Shown: positions 54,219 through 64,000 of the stretch, piece after piece | Layout: each line of letters opens with the position of its first letter | Numbering within the stretch: position 1 is the first letter of the stretch | Assembly: GCA_951406725.2 (NCBI GenBank) | Contig: OX597820.1 | Location: 62,434,001 to 62,498,000 of the forward strand | Direction of reading: 5' to 3' | Length of the DNA: 64,000 bases | Source: Octopus vulgaris | Taxonomy: Eukaryota | The notes under the pieces: model-generated | Told to the model about the DNA's origin: nothing | The model's input: only the letters and a program-made list of their open reading frames with translations | Database searches by the model: none | Position numbers and translations under genes: made by a program

Positions 54219-54699
54219 AGTATACATACACACATGTGTGTATGTATGTATGTATGTATGTGTTTACGTGTGTGTATGTATGTGTATAAATGTGCGTATG
54301 CATACATATGTGTGTGTGCTTGTGTTTGTTTCTGTAAACTGTGTGCCTTTGCGAAAAAATGTGTGGGTAAAGCGGTGCGTAGTACGTTCTGTAATATTAA
54401 AAATGTGAATTAGCCATTAATAAAAAGATTTCGATAAAATAAACATCAGATATTGAGCTTGATATTATGAATTGAAACATTTGAAGCTACTACCCAATCA
54501 TGGCCATAGTCCAGTGACTGAGAGCAGTCACAAAGTACATATATGTTGAAGATCACTCGTTACATACTTTTATTATCTCTCAGATAAAATCTATTTGGAG
54601 TTTCCCGTTTCTTTTGCCTAACAGGAAATTAAACAGGAATTGGTCGTTCACTCTCTGATTAACCAACAATAGGCCTAATCTAATCATCGAATTTAATGG

Positions 54700-55600
54700 T
54701 TGAAAAATCAACTACAAATGGATAGATTAATTTGGCATGGTGCATATTTGCCTCTCTCCATTCAGCCTAACGATGACAAGCGACATCGTCCTCAGTAGTA
54801 CATTGGCCAAAATCTTGAGTTCTGCGTTTAAAAGAGTTACAGGCAGGAGTCAATGTGCTTTCATATGCATGGGAGAAAAATTATCGATGCGGTCACAGTT
54901 GTTCGGATATTATCAATTTGAATCTATTTGTTCGAAAATTATAAATGTGGTCACGGACTTATAAGTCGAGGAGCGGCTCACAAAATTAGGACCACGTTGT
55001 ACTTTTCTGACGTGGGTATCTGCCAAGAGGATGCTGAACAAAGCTCATATTTAAATGTAAAGCTCATAGAATAGGCTATTCAACCCCGGGTATGTGTTCC
55101 CCCATAGATAGCCATCTCTTGCCTTATTTCGGCTTTTCATATTCCTCTGTTTCCTTTGTTAATTGTCACGGCAGACAGGCAATCGCATTTAAATCTATCT
55201 TGCAATCCATCCCGAACACTACGCAAAGTGTTCCTAAGAAAAGCTCATATCTGATCGAGGTTGAGTAATACGAGTTCATGCTGAGCCGCCAAAGTTCGAA
55301 GTGTCACTTCCTGCATCTGCCACTCGGGCTCATGATTCCTTCATCGCCTCCACCATGTTCTTTAGTTCCAACAACGAAGCTTTTGTACTTCCCTTTCAAG
55401 AATTGCTTGCGGGCCAGTCTCGCTGCAAGATCATCGATTTCGATACTTATGAGCATATCTTCAACGCTTCAGATTATATCCACTTCTAGTCTACTTTTCT
55501 CTAGTGTAACACTCAAAGTAAGCCTTATCGACTCAGTTCTAATCATTTTGGGTAACACTATTTGTTGTTAACAATTCACTGGTCAGTACCACTTGATTAA
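54700..55600 (-). mobile_element. Decayed L1/Tx1-like LINE fragment
   Basis: PGLNSLFYELY (~55075; PGxDGLPxEFY-like) upstream of PVTLLNAELKILANVL (~54820). Boundaries approximate. Confidence 0.55.
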
Positions 55601-56099
55601 TTTACTACTCCGCTGTTTGCAATCTCGGATGGCTGAAAATAAAGACGCATTCAGCTTCACATAAGCAAATGCTAAGAAACGTTAAGTAACAATCCGAGCA
55701 TGAAACTTGAAGTCGTTCTCGTATAACTTTTGCATTCATTAAATGATATTTATCTGCCAATGGAGTGATTACTTTCTTGTTAATATTATCCATGAATGAA
55801 CACTACAAACACACATAGACGCGCGCACACACAGACGAGCGCGCACACACGGACACGCACACACAATGATAGATAAATAGATAGACAAATATATTAAGAG
55901 AGCAAAACAGTAAAAAAGAGAAAAGTAGAAATAGAGATACGTTTGCAGGTAGATAAATAGGTATCTATACACATCTACGCATCTCTTTTTGTTGAGAAGG
56001 AAAAAAAAAAAGAAAGACTAGAAAAGCTTGATTGATTCTGGGAATGAAAATGGAAGTTCTCTATGTTGAAAGGTATTTGCATCCGTTAAAAGTTTATAT

Positions 56100-56142
56100 A
56101 CAAACATACATACATACATACATACATACATACATACATACA

Positions 56143-56176
<34 letters not shown>

Positions 56177-56267
56177 CATACATACATACATACATACAGA
56201 TATACATACATACATACATGCATACATACCTACATACCTACCTACATACATACATACATACATACAT

Positions 56268-56298
<31 letters not shown>

Positions 56299-56365
56299 TA
56301 CATACATACATACATACATACATACATACATACATACATACATACATACATACATACATACATAC
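56100..56365. repeat. (CATA)n microsatellite
   Basis: Directly visible. Confidence 0.95.
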
Positions 56366-56610
56366 TCACACAATCACATATATGCCTTTGAACATTTGTT
56401 TTCATTTAATCCATAAAACAAACAATAAAATATGTCGATGCTTTTCATTTCCTAAACCATTTTTCTGAAAGGTCAATTATTTATTTTCAAGATCAATTGA
56501 AGCTCTCATAAAATTCCAATCTATAAGATGTAATTAAAATAGTTTTATGTTACGTTTCCTTATCATCATCATTATTGTTCTTGCTACTGCTGCTGTTGTT
56601 ATCGTTGCTG

Positions 56611-56646
<36 letters not shown>

Positions 56647-57069
56647 ATCATATTATTACCATCGTCATCAGTATTATCATCATTATTATGGCTGTTGTTA
56701 TTATCATTAATAACAATTGTGTTTGCAGCAGCAGCATCAGAACTAGTTATCGAAAAGGCGTGTTCAAACGAGTTCTGGGTAAACGTTGTATTTACCATGG
56801 TTGTACATCATGAAAGAAAGATTCGTTGGATGATTAAACACGTTTTACCGATTTTACGAAGGTTGAACTATTTCAGTGTCTATCACATTTATCCTGGATC
56901 GGAAATAGTATAGTTTTTTTTTTTTTTTTAATATATGTTTTTCATGTTCTGCTTATTGTGGAACATTCCAATTCTAGTAGACTAGGAGAATAAGGCAAAT
57001 TTCCCAGCTAACTTTGCAAAGAACACCAGAAAAAGAAGTGTCTCCTAACTACGTTAGCTATTCCATCAA

Positions 57070-57460
57070 TGTTTACTAGAGCTTCCCTCAGTGAGGTGTG
57101 TGTTGACTTGATCGTCAATGTTCACAAACCTGGAGACTATGCTGCCGAGGTACATAAAAGTATAAAGAAACTACAGGGTTACCTCTTCAACAGTGATAAC
57201 TGGTTCCACATACATTTCCTGCAGAGCAGGATGGTACGTGACCTGTCATACATTCACACAGACACACGCGCACATTGAAAAGATTGAGGTCAACGCCGAC
57301 ACCTGGGAAACGATAGTGTAAGACCGCCCTGCTTGTCAAAGCTGCACGAAAAGAAGTGCCACCTCATACGAACAGAACAGGGTTGCAGGAACACAAAAGA
57401 CACTCGAACTGTGCAAGTCTAGAACCAACACCTCGCCTTCAATCCCAGCCAACTACCAGC
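57070..57460. mobile_element. RTE (BovB-like) LINE remnant with 5' inversion
   Basis: - strand 57070-57235: MYVEPVITV...FMYLGSIVSRFVNIDDQVN. + strand 57275-57460: NADTWETIV*DRPAC...SYEQNR. Confidence 0.7.
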
Positions 57461-57656
57461 GCTTTATCTGCAGCAGAGTATTCGAATCGACCCCAGTACT
57501 TGTATCTTTATAAAGCCTGGTACTTATTCTATAAGTCTGTTTTACCGAACCACTAATTTGCGGAGATGTAAAAGCGCCAGCACCGGTCCTTGTGCGGTCA
57601 GCTTGGGGGACAAACACAGACATAAAGACATGGGCGCACACACAGACACGCACACA

Positions 57657-57732
<76 letters not shown>

Positions 57733-58701
57733 CGACGCGCTTCTTTTAGTTTCTGTCTACCAAATCTTTTCACAAGGCTCAGTTTAGAAGAAGACACTTG
57801 CTCAATGTGCCACGTGCTGTTTGACCGAACCCAGAACCATGTGTTTGAGAAGGAAACCTCTTACCAAACAGCCACCAACTTTTTTTTTTTTTTACTTTAT
57901 TACAAACATCATCAAATTTCTTGTCATTGGTAGTCATGTTTAACACTATTACATTCTTATTAGAAATTGACAGCATTACATAACCGCAGGCAAATAAACC
58001 AAATTAATGAAATGTATAAAGTAAATGTAAACATCTGGAAACAGGGATAATCGGAATGTGATGACTGAAAACAGGAACATTAACTATAATAAGTACCTTG
58101 AGAATTAAAAAAAATATATATAATACGTAACTGAAACTCCCAAGACTTTACGACATATAGACATTATCATTAATAAGTACTACGCATCGCTGTGTTTGGT
58201 TTTGAAGTGCACGCAATAAAAATAAACTACTGAAGGTACGTATAAACACACAGTAAGACAAAACAACACGCACAAATGCATTCTCGTATGCATACATACA
58301 TTCACACACATGTATTTTCTAGGCACATACTTGCGTGTCTGCGTGTGCGTTTCTGCTTGTGTATGGGTGGGTGGGTGGAGTTTAGAAAGAAAAAATAAAT
58401 TGAACCGAAAGTCGAATTTCAGAGTAATTTAATAAATATGATTTTTCTTTTATGATTACAGATTGGGAAAACATATTCTCTACTTACCGACAGGATAATT
58501 TTAATGTGATACTATTGATCGATAAGATAAAAATATTGGTGATGATAAAAGGGCTTCAGTTTTAGTGTCACGAAATATTACACGAAATACGGTTAAATAT
58601 TACGAAGCTGAAATGAAAGCAACGTTTCACGAGGTGTGTTCTTGAGATATATATACTCCTGTGTGCAAATATGTGTGTGTATACACTTATATAAATTGAT
58701 G

Positions 58702-58745
<44 letters not shown>

Positions 58746-59305
58746 AACACACACTCACACACTCACACACACACACACACATACGTATATAAGTATGTAC
58801 GTATATCCGTTTACATATATATATATATCGATATGTACAAGGTAAAAGTAAACGGTGACTGTGAAATTTCGACTGTTATGAGGCAGTGTAGTGATGACTG
58901 TTGAATCAAAACTTCGAAGTCACTGTAAACTTTTCAAGTGCAAAAATTAGTATGACGTCTACTCTGTGATAGATCTTGCAGATGTGAACATTTCTTCCAA
59001 ACTCAGCTAGAAGTACCAACAACTACTGTACCTCGATTATAAATTTATGCACATAGCAACAAGCATCCGTAAACTTTTTTTAATTTACTATATGCCTAAT
59101 CCTGAGTCTGGAGTTGCTAGAATTAGCAATAAAAAATAAGAGAATGGCTAACATGAATTTTGCAGATATAATCTATAAATGAAACAGTAAAAATGTAATT
59201 TTCGAAAGTTTCAGTATGTAACATTAATCCATACTCCAACAATGGAGAATATGTTTCCTTGATAGTAACCAACTCCGGCAAGGGTGAAAAAGACATTCAT
59301 ATTTA

Positions 59306-59688
59306 TTATATAAAATACGTTCTATCTGTGTGTGTGTGTGTGTCTTCTAGGATCTCGGACATCCTCCATCCGAATGCGCTCAAATTTGATATGTAGATAC
59401 CGACGGTATCAAGGAGTGTATAAGTCTTGGAAAACATACAGAAATCGATTCCAGGTGAGAATGCGATCGATAAAGCCGTGGGAACGTGCATTTGTAAAAT
59501 CGTTTTTCTTGGAATAGAAAAAAAGTCTATCTTTATTTCTTCTTTTGCTGGTGTCTCAAATTGAGGTTAAATCAGTGTTTCTCAAAGGGGAGGCCTATGG
59601 AACGGCCGGACAAGTTGTTTTGAGAAAATTTGGTTTAAACGTTTGAAAACTCAGCACCGTCCATTGGACGTGGGGGCGTTTTGCTCGT
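59306..59688 (+). mobile_element. Non-autonomous Helitron/Helentron-like element (longer copy)
   Basis: Same termini as 52066-52307, plus about 130 bp of extra internal sequence. 3' hairpin cgtcca-t-tggacg then gctcgt. Confidence 0.55.
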
Positions 59689-60229
59689 ATATTCATATAT
59701 AGATTCATATATATGTGTGAGCAACAAGTGTATGTGTATATTCGCGTGTGTGCTTCAAATAAATCTGCTGTAAAAGTGTACGTACAAAGTGTGCAAATAT
59801 GAACCATATTAAGCCACCATTTACACGTGATTTCAACGAAAGCAAGCTGGAACGTAATGTAATATTTTTCTGTTTGAAAGAAATTGCGTTCTTATCTATT
59901 TATTCAAAGTACATCGGAGAGTATAAAAATACAAAACCTGCGCGTTGCAGAAGCCTACTAATTATTGCACCTACTAATAGTGTAATGTATGTCGCGTTAC
60001 CGTTGAGTTGTTTGCCTGCTGAGACTTACCGCTTCTATTGCTGTCGTCTTATATGATGTTACTTACTGGAAATAGCCTTTGATACCGGCCGGTATCGACC
60101 GAAGTTGATCTTTTGATACACTATCAGCCACATCGCTGATTTGCTGCAATGCACTAACTCAGTTCAGCTGCAAATTAAAATTGTGAACTAGAGATCATAG
60201 TCTTACCCTTTTGCAGAGGAAATTACACA

Positions 60230-60310
<81 letters not shown>

Positions 60311-60739
60311 ACATACAAAGACGTCTATTCACTTTCATGCACATACACACATATAAAGACTTACATATACAGAAACGAGCAAACACCTTTCATACGCCAA
60401 TACAAATTCACTCATATATATGAATCTATACACGCGCGCCGATAAACATACACGCGCACACACACATGCACACGCAGATATATGTTCGGATTGGATTGTG
60501 TATAAAATGCAGCTCTCGCAAAACGGCGTTGAATTGTCCAAGTCGTTAGAACATCAAATAGAATATTTCGCGTTATTTCCTCAACCCTGTGGGTTCTAAT
60601 TCCGCTCTGGCTTACTCGGAATTTAATCGGTCGACTGATGAATTTTAACAGCAACTGTTGTCTTGTTTACTTGAGAGGAATCCACAGTACAGTATTTGGA
60701 CCAGGTCTTCTCTTTGAAAAAGCCCACTCGCTTCCCCCT

Positions 60740-60810
<71 letters not shown>

Positions 60811-60813
<3 letters not shown>

Positions 60814-61880
60814 GTGTTGGACAAAATAATGGAAACACCTAGCATCATAATTTTGAAATATCTATAAAACCGTCAAAAACTTGTTTATTTTTATGTTTTT
60901 TGATTTATTATTAGCGTTTCTTAATATGTTTTGCTAAAATTGTTGTTTCTTTTCAAATATCATCAAAAAAGGTAATTAAATCTCATCAAAATGATAGATC
61001 TATTGGACTTGCAAATATGTCAGATTGTTGGTGCTCATATGGTAGGCGCTAGCATAATGAAAGCAGCTTGGTGTATCAAGAAGTACTGTCTCTAAAGTAA
61101 TGACAGCCTTTGAGAAAGAGGGAAAAACCTCCTCGTCGAATCAAAACTATGGAAGAAAACCAAATTCTTACGCAAATTGTTAGAAAGAATCACAAATGTA
61201 CAGCTCCCAAAATTAATGCAGACCTTAATGACCACCTCGAGAACCCAATTTATACGAAAACTGTTCCCAGGGAGCTACACAAAGCTGGATTTCACAGGAG
61301 GGCAGCATTCAGAAAACCAAAGCTGAAAAACAAAAGTTGAAAAGCGTTTAGAGTGGAGTAAAACCCTACAGAATTGGTCCGTAGAGCAGTGGAAGAATGT
61401 TATTTTCTAGGACGAGTCATCCTTTACCATATTTCCAACCACCGGCCCAGTATAAACATGGAGGAAGATATTTGATGATCTTGGGGGCTAAATCTTGGAA
61501 ATTCGCCGGCCCATTGGCTTCTCTTCATGGCAGAATTAATAGTCAAGACTATTTAAGCATTTTATCTGATAAAATTCATCCTTTTGTTGCGGAACTCTTT
61601 CTGGAGGGAAATGCAATCTTTCAGGATGATAATGCAACAATTTACACAGCTAAACTTGTTACTCAATGGCATGAAGAACGGTTTATCTGGTCACCACAGT
61701 CCCCAGATCTCAAGATTATTGAATATTTATAGAGCATTTTAGATAAACATGTAAGGAGTCGATATCCTCTACCATCATCACTACAAGAACTGGAGACTGT
61801 TTTAGCTGAAGAATGGACAAAACTTCCTTTGGAAACAATTCAAACTTTGTACGAGTCCATACGTCGTAGAATTCAATACA
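60811..61880 (+). mobile_element. Decayed Tc1-like (DD34E) transposon, right end missing
   Basis: Left end taggtgttggacaaaataatggaaacacc. KTVPRELHKAGFHRRAA, IFQDDNATIYTAK, WSPQSPDLKIIEYL. Confidence 0.85.
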
Positions 61881-61897
61881 GTTTTATGGAAACTGTA

Positions 61898-61930
<33 letters not shown>

Positions 61931-62341
61931 CTTCTTCTTCTTCTTCTTCTTCTTCTTCTTCTTCTTCTTCTTCTTCTTCTTCTTCTTCTCCTTCTTCTTC
62001 TCCTCCTCCTCCTCCTCCTCCCACCGGCTGCCCCTGCTTAAACAATCAATTCTTTGTACTCTTAAAACAATTCCTTCAGATTTACTACTGCCTACCTACC
62101 GAGCATTCCCAAAGGAATAGAGAGAGAAAGGCAAACTACTTGAAGACTATGGAAATATTACAAATTATTTTACCTTTTTTTTCTCCAATTTAATTGTTTT
62201 TCTTATTATAAAATGTCTAAAAGACTTGATGTACTACATGATAAAATTATTTTAGCAATTTCTACCTTATCTTATTTTCCTTATACATATCAACTCGTAT
62301 ATTATTTACTTTTCTACCTTATATATATATATAGCAGCACC

Positions 62342-62470
62342 ATGACGAAATTCACTTTCCCAGATTTTTTGAAATGGCATGCTATAGTGCTTGACATTCG
62401 AGCCGAAAGCTCCAATACGAACATTTCAGAGTGTTTCAATCTGAGAACATATATCGAAAGTGATAGAAAT
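62342..62470 (+). mobile_element. Possible Tc1/mariner-superfamily transposase N-terminal remnant
   Basis: MTKFTFPDFLKWHAIVLDIRAESSNTNISECFNLRT resembles a first helix-turn-helix. Short and unconfirmed. Confidence 0.35.
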
Positions 62471-63656
62471 CAAACATCCAGTGAATATTTATATATATAC
62501 ATATAATAAATCCCCAAAAGAACAACAACGAACACAAGAAAACAACAAAGCATGGACGTGGTACATGTAAAGTACCACGTCAAGAAAGGAAGGAAAGATG
62601 GTTTAACGTTTCGAGCAACGCGTGTGTTTGTGTGTATTCGTTTATGCTAGACATCTGAGAGAAGAGTGTTCAATACATATTCTAGAGCATCTATATATAT
62701 TTGTTGAAACTGAAATTGAGCTTTGTTTCTCGCGACATGAATTTCATGCCTCTGTGGTCTTAAATCAACACGTATCCCAATATATATAGTAAAACAAATT
62801 TTGTTCTGTATTCGAGATTATAAGATTATATTAATGATAATTAACACTTAGTTTTACGATTTCTCAATTAGGAATTTTGTAGTTTCGTCTTCCGGTGATC
62901 CGGTATTTATTACTTCCATTTCAAAACCCGTAAAGATGTAACATATGTATCAGTAGACAGACATGTGGTAAAAGGCGATTATATGTTGATAGTCTTAGGT
63001 AACACGGAGAGACACAGAGTGGCAATTCATATAAAGCATTTTATATTTATAGTTTACGTAACTGAAATCTATATTATTACTCAGTTTCATGCACATTCCA
63101 AATCACACACACGTATGTATATGCGTGTGTGTGCGTCAGTGTATGTATTTATGTATGTATGTATGTGTATGCGTGTATGTGTGTGTGTGTGTGTGTATGT
63201 ATGTGTGTGTACGCAGGTGCGTGCGTCTGTGAGTTCGTGTGTATATTTTGAGTCAGTAAAAGAGAAGAATGGAAACGATATCACGTTAAAAAAAGCTATC
63301 GGAATACGTATATAGAAACATATATATGTACAGACACGCACGCACGTACACATATATATGTATATGATTAGATATATAAACATATATATATGAATGTATA
63401 TAGACATATATACACATATAAACACATATACACACACTCACACACACACATATATATATATACATACATACACATACATATACACACATATATATAAATA
63501 CATATAATATGATAGATATCGGGATACATACATGTACAGTGTACAGATACATGCACAGATTAAAAGAAAGATAGATGAAAAGATAGATAGAAAGTTTGGT
63601 AGACAGGCAAATAGATAGATAGATAGATAGATAGATAGACAGATAGATAGATAGAC

Positions 63657-63723
<67 letters not shown>

Positions 63724-63724
63724 C

Positions 63725-63784
<60 letters not shown>

Positions 63785-63903
63785 GGATAGATAGACAGAC
63801 AGTTTGTGTGTGACTGCATACTACATCTCTATGCAGTCAAAACTCTTGTGTGAACATGTATCTGCATGTTGGTGTCATTACATATCTATACATGTTTTCA
63901 AAC

Positions 63904-63964
<61 letters not shown>

Positions 63965-64000
63965 TGTTGCGTATGATTGCATAGTATATCTCTCAATGCT

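Noticed and set aside
60081-60096. Perfect 16-bp palindrome gataccggccggtatc
   Set aside because: Isolated, with no supporting context.

Overview
Eukaryotic, AT-rich, very microsatellite-dense DNA. The SINE families and repeat make-up suggest an octopus or other coleoid cephalopod (inference). No host protein-coding exon could be recognised, and most ORFs in the track are translations of simple repeats. The window is a mosaic of mobile DNA. (i) A roughly 13.5-kb (TA)n array (about 4178-17750) holds a 6-kb fold-back Penelope-like element (RT + GIY-YIG) and two young CR1/L2-group LINEs with open reading frames. (ii) Several hammerhead-ribozyme-bearing Penelope-type termini occur: a 358-bp fold-back with two hammerheads, a U3-A8 variant hammerhead, and a tRNA-headed SINE whose tail is a hammerhead-bearing Penelope-like terminus, itself invaded by a Dong/R4-like LINE. 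(iii) There are also decayed RLE-, RTE-, L1/Tx1- and L2-type LINEs, mariner/Tc1 transposons, Helitron-like elements and many tRNA-derived SINEs, including a heterodimer inside one target-site duplication. One possible host Pol II promoter (CRE + TATA + splice donor) lies near 36.4 kb. All structures and translations were read by eye; none was computed or database-checked.
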